64,000 nucleotides of DNA from Lytechinus pictus (taxonomy: Eukaryota): positions 45,138,001 through 45,202,000 of the forward strand of contig NC_087251.1 in the NCBI RefSeq assembly GCF_037042905.1, read 5' to 3'. A program made the translations under genes and the position numbers. The notes under the pieces were generated by a model. It searched no databases. It saw only the letters and a program-made list of their open reading frames with translations, and was not told the origin of the DNA. This document shows, piece after piece, positions 14,760-26,885 of the stretch (position 1 is the first letter of the stretch; each line of letters begins with the position of its first letter).

Positions 14760-14865
14760 ATAGCCAATAGCCAATAGCCAATTTTTTTATAAAGCGCTTT
14801 TCCCAGAATGGCTCAAAGCGCGTCACAGCATATTATTACCCCGGTCATTAGATTCATTTCAATCC
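14760..14865 (-). mobile_element. SINE/LINE 3' end fragment
   Basis: GCGCTTTGAGCC...AAAGCGCTTTATAAAAA followed by a short (TTGGCTA)n tail on the minus strand. Confidence 0.4.
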
Positions 14866-17800
14866 AACCTAAAACTTCTATTTTGGGGTCATGATCTGTC
14901 CTGTTTTCCTTAATTGAAAATAAAACATAAAATTCATTCTCATAACCTTTTTTTTTTCTTTAGAAGCTTTCTTGTGTCCTGTATTTTGTCCTTGGTCTGT
15001 GTTTTTTAAAAAATAAATTCTTTGTTGCTTGTATCTCTTTGGGGTCAAATAATATTCCTTCCTCTTTTTTCTTCTCCTCATTCTTATTCTTCTTCTACTT
15101 CTTCTCCTTTTTTTTGGGGGGGGGGGGGTGGGTAGCTTATAAATGAATCCCTACTCCACAAATATTTACTGATCTTTCATATTTTCATTTGTGAATACAA
15201 TCTGAAAGAAAAAGCGTATATTAAATAAACATTTTAATTTACCCATAATTTATAAATTCATTTATTTTATTTAAAAAAAGTTACATCAGATCAGCTTGTC
15301 ACTGACTTCTCTTTCCAATTAAAGTTTGAGTATAGAGCTTGTGAAAGACATGCTTAATTAGTAGATAATCAATCTCTGGATTAAAACTTAATCGCTCATA
15401 AATTCACAGTTGTCATTCAAAATATAACTTCAAACGAATGTGGAGGAATGAGAGGAAGTTCACTTGCGCGCTCGCCGCACACAAATACAGACACACACCA
15501 TGGCACATGGCACAGGAGGGGGGGGGGCAAAAGAATGGGGATTTGAAGAATACCAAGGAAAAAAGATAGAGAAGAAAACAATAAAAAAACTACAACATCA
15601 ACAACAAAACAAAAGTGAATAATAAGAACGGCGCGTGATATTGTTAATCAGCTTTTCAAAACATATGTGTGTTTTATTGAGTATAATGCAAACAGAATAC
15701 AATAGGCACAAAAATGGTTTTATAGAAAAACAATAAACACGTAAAGCTATTACATAAACTTCCAAATAATGACTAAAAAACAATAAACTATCATAACGGG
15801 AAACAGGTGAGTATAGGCCTAGCTATTATCATCATAACTTTGAAGGGTGTTGTCCGATTGGTTAAATATGTGTCACGTGATCAATCTTAGATTTGCCCAA
15901 AAAGGTGAGGTTCGATTTGCTTTACGCTAATCTGTCAAAGTTCTCAGCTGTGATAAAAAAAACTCTTATGAAACGTTACCACTATTTGCAAAAGTGCGTT
16001 GCCCTGTGTACTATCTGAGTTAAAAGTTCGTTAAACTTAGGGCAAACCGTGGCGGGCACAAAGAAAAGATTGAACATTATTTCAGTTTATGTAATTTTTG
16101 TCAATAAAAATATAGATATTCTCTCCTTATTTTAATTTTTTTATCTAATATGTATTTATTTATTTATTCGTATATTTACTTATTCTTACTTATTTCATTT
16201 CCAGGCAAGATAATTACAAACATGATAAATATAGTACAAACATTGCAAGAATAGTTTGAAAATGAGCACTAGCCAATGCCTGGGGATCACCTAAAAGAAC
16301 TGAAAATTCTGTCGAGAGGTTCTCCATATCCGCTGTTGCCCTAAAGTAAAATATATATAAATATAAAAATCATAATCGAACTTTGAAATGAACCTTCATT
16401 GTGATATAAGAGCAAAACAAATAAAATTAAAGACAAGCAAAGAAGAATGCAAATTAGATCAAACCAGCAAGTAATGCATTAATTTTTTATCAAGTTAGAA
16501 AAAAAAAGAATGGTAAGTCAATTGGTTGAACTTTGAGAGTATGAAAGGGAATTTAAATGACATTTATTTATTTATATATTTATTTATTTATTTATCTATC
16601 TATCTAATTTTATGATTACATTGCTGTTGTTGTTATTTGGTTTTTAAAGACTCTCTAATTCGTAAAAGATACATTATTAGATATTTTCAGATATGGATTA
16701 TAAAGCAAATAATCACATTCTGATTTCAGATGATGAGACACGCGAGTTAAACTTTCGCTCAATGAAATTATTTGCTTGCTCTTCGGCAACTATGAATAAA
16801 AAAAAATCGATCGCGCCTCCAGTTCCCTTCGCAATACATTAATAAAAAATGAGTGTAGCGGATTCATACAAATTTACATTATGAAAAAAGAAGAAAAAAA
16901 AACATTAATGCTTCGCCGAAATTAGGAGTCTAGTCAGAGGTAGAATATGGCTGTAGAAAAAAAAGTTGCATGACTTAAGAATTTCCTGAGTGAAATGGTG
17001 ATCTACTGGAGTTCAAAAAAAGTAAAGAACGGAATCAAATTAGCAATGGAAATTTTAAAAGTAATCGAGTGACATTTCCGCTTTGCTAATATTGTAGTGA
17101 GCTAAGATTATAAAGACAAAAAAAATCCATACATAGGTCAAAACAGAAAGTTCGTTTCACCCGGCTTATTTTATATTTTAAGCAATTCTTCTTCCTTTTG
17201 AATGTATATCTCGAAATGCTCCTTTTCGATGAGGGGGATGCAATGTGAAAATATCACATCTGTATAGCTACAGTCACACCAGAGCAACCGACTCCAAACC
17301 GACCGATGTGATGTCATTGGAAATAACGTAACAGATTTGATCGGTGCGGACTTGGGATTCGCTGTTGTGACTGCGGGCATAAACTACACACAGATGAACC
17401 GACTATAGACAAACAAATCTACTGGATAAAGGTAGACGATTAGGTGGTCTGTTTAGAGTTTGGAGTTAAACTCAATCTGGTAGGGGGTATTGATGTATAC
17501 CAGAAGGGGCGGGGCTACGGGGGTGGGCAGGGGCGACAACCCCCTATGATTTTTCAAGAAGTGAGAAAAAGAAGAAAAATTGGGGGGGGGGGGGTAGGCC
17601 GGGGGTAGGAAGGAAGAGGAGTATAAAAAGGAGAGGTCTGGGTGATTCAAATGAGAATAGAGTGACGTCACCTTGGTCGTCTCCCCCCCCCCTCTCTGTC
17701 ATCAGGAAACCTAAAGGTCCTAAATCAGAAGGGAGAAGGTCTACACCCCGCCCAGCACTGACCCTTCCCCCTCCAAGTCTTCGCACAAGCATATACCAGC

Positions 17801-18499
17801 ATTATTCTTCCGCTCTCAGACTAGGTGTTACGGGGAAACATTCGTTGCCATCCGACTGCACCCACACTTGTTTCATGTATTCGTGCACGGTTTTTGAGAC
17901 AGCATCATGTTCTGGAGGAGTGAGGGGGTAAGAACAGTTCATAATTTGCCTTTTCTCACACAAAAGGCGAACCTACAGTGACCCAGGAACGGCGCATGTT
18001 CTGATGACCCTACCCCGAAAGGTCAGACAGAAGGGTCAAAGCAGAGTCACATTTTCGAACATGAATGATTACTGCCGAGGAACATTCGTGTCCTCTTACT
18101 ATATCCCTAACACACAGCTAGTCTTACGATCTAGACACCAACTGGTAAATAAAGCCACACTGAGAAATTTACCAAACATAGACTAATTACATTTACGCAA
18201 ATTTGAAAAAAAAATTAGGATACTGGTAGTTTCTTTTCTTTTTTAAGTGATGATTAATGTATGTTTTTCAGATAAAATATTGATGCAATTTTTAACATCT
18301 AGAAATTTCAGGAAAGAAAGATGGAAGATATTTGTATTCAAAGAGGCTATTTATGCAGACTAGACAATGTTCTCTTCGATTGTAGGGTGTCTCGTTCGGT
18401 TGATATCAGTGTGCAGAATTATAAAAGGACGCCAGCTCTTATTCTTGGAGGGTTAACAAAATATCCCTTATACCTGCAAGAAGGTAATAAGGGTATTAA

Positions 18500-18662
18500 C
18501 AGGGGTCACGAAAGGGAGGGGGCTGCGGGGGCTCCAAACCGTGTACAAAAACGTAAAAATGACCATCCGAATATGATTTTTTTGCATGGTCATCCCCTCC
18601 CCCCCCCCCCCCCCCCACTTTCGGCTCAGCCCCCCACTTCCAAAACCGTTCCGCGGCCCCTG
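18500..18662. repeat. Short interspersed CAGGGG...CCCCTG element (related copy at 22871-23007)
   Basis: Both copies share AAACCGTGTACAAAAACGTAAAA...TTTTTGCATGG and the terminal inverted GCGGCCCCT. Confidence 0.6.
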
Positions 18663-19465
18663 TGTTATGTGTTTCTTGTTCAATATAGATAAACCTGGTT
18701 ACATCCTCTAGCATGAGCAATTGATTTGTGAGACACTTGCCTTTTTTTCGACACAACTCGACGTTAATCACAACACAAAACAGCATTAACAATCACAAAA
18801 AACAACGACACAATTGAGAATAAAAAGCCAAACATTTTAAAAGAAATAGCATTGTTATATATGCCTATAATGCTTTGATAAGATTGCTAGTTTGTTTGTA
18901 TATACTTCCAAATAAGAACAAAAATATATACTCATATATGACTGAAATTAACAAATCATGTAAAATATGCCGAATAGCCATTTTCAGCGGCATTTACAAA
19001 ATGCCACTATTTTTCCACTTCCTTTGAGAGAAAATAAATGACTCCCAAAATAAGATAACAAGACAATAGCGCAGGTTAATATTGATTTATTGTTGGGAGC
19101 AGGAATCGGTTATACTTGATATCTATCCCGAACGGACTGGATTCTTATGATAAGAGAAAAAAAAATTAAATGAAATATGCAAAGTGGTGACCTCTTTATA
19201 AACTTATCATTAATTGTTTAAGAATTAACGATCAGTTTATAAAGAGTGAATGAAAATTTGTATTCATGTACCAATTCCTTCAAAACTATACCGCCATTTT
19301 TCATGTTTTACTTTATTATCATGATTATCATAAAATTGGGTTGAATATAACGGGGTTTTTTTCACCGTGCAGCACAGAGAGCTCTGGAAAAAAATAAACC
19401 GCTTTAAAATAGGCCAAAATAGTTTGATTATACTGGAGAAATGCGGGCAGTTTTTCCTCAACCGT

Positions 19466-20016
19466 AAAGGGATGGTCCAGGCTGGAGCTATATATTTCTT
19501 AATAAATAGAGTAAAATTCATAGAACAAAATGCTGAAAATTTGATCAAAATCGGATAAAGAATAGCAAAGTTATTGAATTTTAAAGATTTGCCTTATTCA
19601 TGTGAAACATGCAGTTCTATAGGCACGTCTTAATGAAAAGGTGGGCTGATGATGTCATATCCCCACTTGTTCTTTTGTATTTTATCATATGAAATTAGGT
19701 TTATTCAAAATATTTCTACCAAGAACTAAAACAATTGGATTGACAACTGATTAAGTTCATTAGTTATCATGTATTGCCGCAACTTAATGGAGACAAATCA
19801 TTTATACCCATGTATGAAAAAGTGAATCAATTATGATTTCATGTATAACTTAAGAAAAAGGAAAGTGGGGATATTAAATCATCAGCCCACTTAATGAATA
19901 TTCATGATAATGTGCATATAACTGTTTTCACAAAATATTGATAAACTTCAAAATTCAATAACTTCGTTATTTGCTGTCCGATTTTGATGAAATTTGCAGC
20001 ATTTTGCTCAGTGAAT
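19466..20016. mobile_element. Palindromic non-autonomous DNA element (AAAGG terminus, right end truncated)
   Basis: aaaatgctgaaaatttgatcaaaatcgga...aagttattgaatttt pairs with aaaattcaataactt...tccgattttgatgaaatttgcagcatttt; internal gggctgatga / tcatcagccc. Confidence 0.7.
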
Positions 20017-20099
20017 AATTTATAATCCTAGCAAGTAATATTTTTATTTGGATGACAATAATTTGCTTGATAACCATTAATTGTCTGAAAGTTAATTGA

Positions 20100-20920
20100 T
20101 GCGAACATATTACTAATATCGTTTGTAAAATATCTCGGGCAATAGGTTGTGTAAGGCGGTTTAAGCACTTACTGTCCTTTGATATTATGAAGAAGCTGTA
20201 CTTTTCTATGGTTTTACCTTACATTGATTACTGTATTACATCTTGGGGAAGCAGTGCAAAAATACATTTAGATAAGATACAAAAACTTCAAAATAAATAT
20301 GCCAGAATGCTTTTGAAAAAAATTTATAATACATCACAAATTTCTTTGTTGCAGTCACTGAAGTGGCAATCAGTAGATCAGCGTATAAAATATCAGTATT
20401 GTGTTCTTGTATATAAAATAATGAATGATTTAGTTCCAAATTATTTAAAACCTTTAGTATGTAAACGGCCCGTGAAATACAGGACACGGTATTCTTTACG
20501 ATGCCCCCTTCAGCTTCCCAAAGCTAGAATTGAACATAAAAGAAAATCTTTCGCATATGTCGGACCCAAATTATTTAATGCACTTCCTTCAAATTTACAA
20601 GTTTGTACCTCCTTGTTAGTTTTTAAAAAATGATGCAAAGCCTTTCATACGAATTGATACGAAATGATATTCCTTTGATTTACAATGCTATGTATGTTTA
20701 AATTGTCACTTCCCACTCTATATTTTGCTGTTAATTGTTTCTGATGTTAGATATTTTGTATTTTGTATTTTTGATGTTGTTTGTTGTTGTTGTTCATAGT
20801 TATCTTGACATGTATTTTAAACTGCAGGGCGCCTTTGTAAAGCAGTTTTAAGAACTGAACAGGCCTACCCTGCAGTATAAAATAAATAAAACAAAATAAA
20901 TAAATAAATAATAAATAAAT
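20100..20920 (+). mobile_element. 5'-truncated LINE (CR1/L2/Crack-group) 3' end
   Basis: ORF 20187..20633 (LYFSMVLPYIDYC...WGS...LQKLQNKYAR-like...SFAYVGPKLFNALP) is typical of the region C-terminal to the RT domain of ORF2. It is followed by a 3' UTR and an (AAAT)n tail at 20878-20920. Confidence 0.88.
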
Positions 20921-21799
20921 AAGTTGTGCTAACGCTTAATCGGTCTCAAACGTTCCTCAATATGATTATTTTATTTTATGTATTCTTCAACTCGTGGTTA
21001 GAGCAATTAAAAGATTAAAAGGTTGTGAGTTCAAATCGCATCTAAATCTGCCATTATCTCCAATTTAACCCAAAAATAAGAAATAAAGGCCAGAGCGTAT
21101 TTTCTGTCGTTTCTCTAATGGTCAGCCACTATGACTGTTTATCTAGATGTAAAATGTTTTATGTGTAATTGTTACGTGCCAGCTTGGCGTTAATACGACG
21201 GAAAGCTGTTTTGCTGAGTTCCTAAGGAGTTACCCCCACAGAAACTCCAAAGAAAATGTGAACTCTTCACAAAAGAGTGTGAAACCTAACGTAGATGGCA
21301 GTATTATCTGATAATACGAATGTCAACATTCATCTGTCTTTGGATGAAATTAAAAAGCAGAATACTCGGCTCAGAAAAAAATACGGCAAAATAAGTGCGT
21401 CCTAAAATCATAGATGGCGTTGTTTGAAATAAAGATCAAGAGAACATTGAGTCCTGCTGCATCTTTGCTAGATCGTACGATAATTGTACAGATTCACGAT
21501 CTCCGTATAGCCTCTGCGATTTGGTTAAGAGTGGATTTATATGAATTTCCGTAGATCGTAGTCTTTTTTTAAAGTAATGTTTTATTTCTCTCCAAAAAAA
21601 AAAAAAAAAACATATATTAGAGTACAATCAACAAAACATTTTCACTTTTCATATAAAAAGAAATAAATAAATTGATAATTGTTTAAACATAATGAACATG
21701 CAAGATAATTCAACTGAAGGTCTGAGAGACGTTTAATCTGTCTTCAAAACACCCCCTCCCCCCTTCATCTAAAGCACCAGCACAAAAAAACACGATCGG

Positions 21800-22137
21800 A
21801 CACACACACCAACCCAACACCCGCACAATCCCCCCCCCACACACACACCCTCACACACACACACTCACACCCGTACACCCTTGCACACCGCACACCACCC
21901 CAACACCCGCACAATCCCCCCACACACACACCCTCACACACACACACACACATCCTCACCCGTACACACACCGCACACCACCCCAACTCCCGCACAATCC
22001 CCCCACACACTCACACCCGTACACACACCGCACACCACCCCAACACCCGCACAACCCCCCCACACACACACACACCCGTACACACACCGCACACCACCCC
22101 AACACCCGCACAATCCCCCCCACACACACACACCCTC
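21800..22137 (+). repeat. C/A-rich minisatellite, ~60-bp unit
   Basis: CACCCGTACACACACCGCACACCACCCCAACACCCGCACAATCCCCCC repeated 4-5 times with variable CA tracts. Confidence 0.9.
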
Positions 22138-24469
22138 GGAAGTACACAGCCCCCTGTACTATCATAAATCCATGATGTCCGTGCCTGCCTCGCCACCTCT
22201 ATTGGTGAAAATTTTCCCATTTACTGAGATGGTGCACTTAAGTGCCCCTCTCTTCTGCTTCTTTTTTTCTCCTCATGTTCATTTTTTAAATAATATTTTT
22301 GTTTTATTTCTTGAGGTGAGGGGGTTTATTTTTTAACACATCCTACGATCAATAAACTACATAATGGGAATTGGGTATCATACGATCTACATACGATTTC
22401 CGAGGATAATGTTACGGTGATATCTGAGCTAAAAAGCACTATCTCCTTAATACCTTCGTACGATATCTGTACGATCTCTGTGCGGTATCTGTTGGCTTTG
22501 TCTTTGGCCCCACATAATTATGCCATGGACATGAAAGCGTACGGTGAACGTAAACAATGTTAACATAAAAATAGTAGTCCGTAGGCTATATACCTTCGTT
22601 TCCCTCTAAAAATCGTCAAAGTGGAAGTTCACGCTGACATAGGTTTATTGTAAAAATAGCAACAACAAAAAATAATGAAAATATTGCCGAAGGTTCAAGA
22701 AAAATCCATCAAAGAATAAAAAAGCTATAAGAATTTTGATTATTTGATTTGTGACAATTTTAATTACTAGTATCCATCACAAAGTCATGATGACAAATAT
22801 AACTAGTCATGAAAGATAAATTCAGTGTGGTTAGACTCGATCGTATATGCTTCTGTAACTACGACACTAACAGGGGCCACGGAACTGGGGGAGGCATTTG
22901 CCCCCATTTGTTTCCAAAACCGTGTACAAAAACGTAAAATGACTATTGATTGTGAGTTTTTGCATGGCCAGCCACCCCGCCCCCTTCTAAACCGCTAAGC
23001 GGCCCCTTATTGATATCCGGGCAAATAATTTTTTTTGGGGGGGGTGCTTGGAGTGATGATCTTTTTGTTTTTGTCTTGTTGGTGCACGATGTTGCTTGCT
23101 GGTTAGAAAATTTTGAATAAGGCCCTTTTCGCCCCCCCCCCTCCCTTGCTGGTAAATCCAGAATCTGTCGCTGGGTATATTAATGTCGACTGAATCATCA
23201 AACATAATATGGTTTGAATGTTATTTGAGCTAACGAATGTCTAGGTGAAATGTATAGTCTAGGTGATTGGTGAAAAAAATGTTCAGAAAATGGTACAAGC
23301 ATGAAAATCGGCACAAAGGTAGAGTAAGTTATTCTAAACATTTTTAGCAGGGGGTGCCAACGTGAGTTCACCAAACATAGCAACAGTTGCTAGGTAACAT
23401 ATTTACCTTAGTAACTGAGCTTAATTGGGCTTGAGTAACATTTTCATAAGCGATATGTCCTACAAATTTTAATCTAAAGCATGTTCTTTTGTATCACAAC
23501 AGTTTTGATCCATTTATTCATAGCAACGGTTGCTAAGGTACCCTCTTCCGTAGCAACAAATTCTATATCTTAGTTCAGATCATTATAATCTACTCAGAAT
23601 AGCTCAGAAATTAAATCTGGCCCATAGATTCATCATGTGATGAATGTTTCCATAGGTAGACTTAATGAGCACCATAGCAACCGTTGCTAAGTAACATTTT
23701 CCACGGTAACAATTATTATAGGGTATCTTTTTATGATTATATATAATTTCTATTAAAGCATTAATACATTAATCACGACAACCAAAGAACAATGTATACA
23801 AGCCCATGCGAAGTACCAGTTGCTAAGTAATATGTTTTCTGTGGCAACCAATGGTTAAAGGCCGTATGGTAAGATTATTGATGTGTTAATCATATAGGGA
23901 AATAATAGATGCTTAAAAGTTAAACCGTGCACAAATTAAACTACCTCATGATATGGTTCATAGTTCCAAAGACGATGTATATAGGTTCCATATTATTGGT
24001 ATAATAATACTTATTGCATGTTAAAAGAACTTCACCTTTTAACACCAATCTTTATCCATTTGGAAACCATATTATGGATTAACCTAAACATATGTAAAAT
24101 ATCCACCCTTGGAATAATTCCACAATATCAACATTTAGCAAGAGGTCACTCTTGTAGAAGAACGCTTAAGAGAACTCCCCATGAGGTCATGGGTACTTAC
24201 AACCTAAATATCTCTGATCTTGGAGAGATAACCACGAAGAGATGACCACCAAGAATTGACTGAGTCACCTTAGTTTAGAATTATTTCAAACACATAAATC
24301 TTGTCAGAACTTAATTTTCAAATGAGTGATTGGATACCACTTTTTCCCTTGCTAACAGTAGTCGTTCGCTTGAAAGCCAACACACTTTGCCTTGGTTTAC
24401 CCACTCCCTTCCGTAGTCTGCAATGAAGATCATATTAGTTCTCCATGTCGTTCCCAAACCGAATGCCAT

Positions 24470-25500
24470 GGGTAGGAGTTGATTTTGACCAGGCGTTTTG
24501 ACTTAGATCAATCCTTCGCAGCTGCGGGAAAGGTCTGTTAGAATTGATTGGGACCATTCAGTTCCGTTTCCTGGCCTGTTAGCCTGGATCCTGCAGCTAC
24601 ATGATCTATCATGAGTTCTGCAGACGTTGATTTGTACCTGTTACTTCCGATTACAGGTGTTTTGACCTGGAACAATCCTGCAGCTCCATGATCTATCATG
24701 ACGTGAAAGATCCTGCTAGAGATAATTTAGACCCGTCAGATCCGTTTCTATATAGGCATGCTGGCCTGGATCCTGGAGCTAAATGACTTGATCCTGACGA
24801 AGTTGATTTGGACCTGTCCGTCCTTTTTCCAGGTGTTTTGACCCGGAACAATCCTGCAGCTCCAGGACGTGTCATCACGTGAAAGATTTCGCAAAAGTTG
24901 ATTTCCACAAGCCAATTCTGTTTTCAGGCATGGTGGCCTGGATCCTGCAACTCAGGGCTCTATCGTGAGTTGAATGCTTGTGCAGAAGCTGATTTGGACC
25001 TGTCCGTTATTTTTCTAGGTGTTTAGACCTGGATCGATCCTGCAGCTCCAGGACTGAGCATCACTTGAAAGATCTGTTAGATTCGACTTAGACCATCAGT
25101 TCCGTTTCCAGGGGTGTTGGTCTGGATCCTGCAGCTACATGATCCATTGTGACTTCTGTAGAGGTCGATTTGGACCTGTCAGTTCCTATTCCACGTGTTT
25201 TGACCTGGATTAATAATGTAGCTCTGGGATCTATCATGACATGAAAGATCTTGCTAGAGATGATTTTGACATGTCAGTTCCGTTTCTTGGAATGTTGACC
25301 TGGATTCTGCAGCTATATGATTGATCTATCATGGCTCGATCCTGCAGAAGTTGATTTGGACCTGTCCTTTCTGTATCCAGGTGTTTTGACCTGGATCAAT
25401 CCTACAGCTCCAGGATCCATGACTTGAAAGCACGTGCATAAGTTAATTCGACCTGTTAGGTTCAATTGCAGGTATTTTGGCCGGGATCTTGCGCTTCAAG
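24470..25500 (+). repeat. Diverged tandem array, ~90-bp subunits forming ~180-bp dimers
   Basis: CCTGG...ATCCTGCAGCT recurs about every 85-100 bp; GATTTGGACCTGTC recurs about every 175-186 bp. Confidence 0.8.
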
Positions 25501-25553
25501 ATCGATCTTGACTTGGTAGATCTTGCAGGACTATGCACATCTGACTTTGCCAT

Positions 25554-25977
25554 CTACGTATATAAAGTACTCATGATATCAGGTTGGCTCGACGCGATCC
25601 ATACTCGGCCACAGAACATTAGCATGAAGTTCCGATATGCTTCTTCCTTCCATATACATCCGATACTTCTTGGCATGTCCAACTCAGATGGAAATGATTC
25701 TGCTGATGGCACTACCACCTTGTCTCGCAATATAATTTCCTTATGGAGAGAAATGTTTCTTACACTTTGATTGATGAACAAGTAATTGTCCCACCGAAGA
25801 GGATGATGACTGTAACTTTCTTGATATATTCCTCTGTTGCATCTGATATTCTTTGTCGAGCATACTGCATGTTTCACAGTGGTCTTGCTTTCTCGCACTT
25901 ATGATTAACCCAGACAGTCTTAACTTAAATTTTGGACTAAATATATCCCCTACTCTGAGAAGGCATGTGCTACACAT
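25554..25977 (-). pseudogene. Frameshifted coding relic inside the transposon (CxxC motif, possible transposase fragment)
   Basis: Overlapping ORFs 25741..25977 (FSPKFKLRLSGLIISARKQDHCETCSMLDKEYQMQQRNISRKLQSSSSSV) and 25554..25898 look protein-like and lie inside the TIRs. Confidence 0.35.
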
Positions 25978-26499
25978 AAAATGTATGTTCGATTAGTTCG
26001 CTAGAATTCTACCCAAAGTTTTAAGCTATTGGAAACTTACACTGTAAATATAATTGATATATTTTCCTTCATTATCTAGAAACTGTTGCAAAATATCATG
26101 TAAATTATGACTCAAGTGTCCAGCATTATGATCAAATAAAAGAAACACATACAGTGGCAATTGTTCCTAGTAAACTTGGGATTAGAATCATTGTGGTTTT
26201 TTTTTTTTTTTTTTTTAAGATGCTGTAATATAATGGACAAGAATGATAAAAGAAGTCATCTCAAGCTGGTTGGAAAGCTCTGTACCAACACTTTTTCATT
26301 GCTTTCCATTTTCCAGCCATACTTTTTGATGTCTTGGAACAACATACAATATCTTGCATATTACCGCTTCATCTTCATGATAGGATGCGACGTTAATAAT
26401 AAGTGTCAATTACAGAGATAACCATTTCTATTGAAATATGTTGCTGTATAATCGAAAAATGTACTGCTTCGTGACGTATTCACAAGTGGTACATGGATA

Positions 26500-26885
26500 T
26501 GCAGTCGATGCTTGAAGCTGTTTCAGGTCTACTGTCCATGCTATACATTGAACATACAGTCAATGCTGCTTGGGGCTGTTTCAGGTCTACTGTCCATGCT
26601 ATACAGTGAAAATACAGTCAATGCTGCTTGGGGCTGTTTCAGGTCTACTGTACATGCTATACAGTGAACATACAGTCAATGATGCTTGAGGCTGTTTCAG
26701 GTCTACTGTACATGCTATACAGTGAACATACAGTCAATGATGCTTGAGGCTGTTTCAGGTCTACTGTACATGCTATACAGTGAACATACAGTCAATGATG
26801 CTTGGGGCTGTTTCAGGTCTACTGTACATGCTATACAGTGAACATACAGTCAATGATGCTTGAGGCCGTAAGGTCTACTTTACAT
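26500..26885 (+). repeat. 58-bp tandem repeat, ~6.5 near-identical copies
   Basis: GCTGTTTCAGGTCTACTGT at 26517, 26575, 26633, 26691, 26749 and 26807, with a partial copy after. Confidence 0.95.

Noticed and set aside
21765..22336. His/Thr/Pro- and Cys/Val/Gly-rich ORFs
   Set aside because: Translations of the C/A minisatellite.
26500..26885. Regular array that superficially resembles CRISPR
   Set aside because: Units are contiguous 58-bp copies with no unique spacers, there are no cas genes, and the context is eukaryotic.
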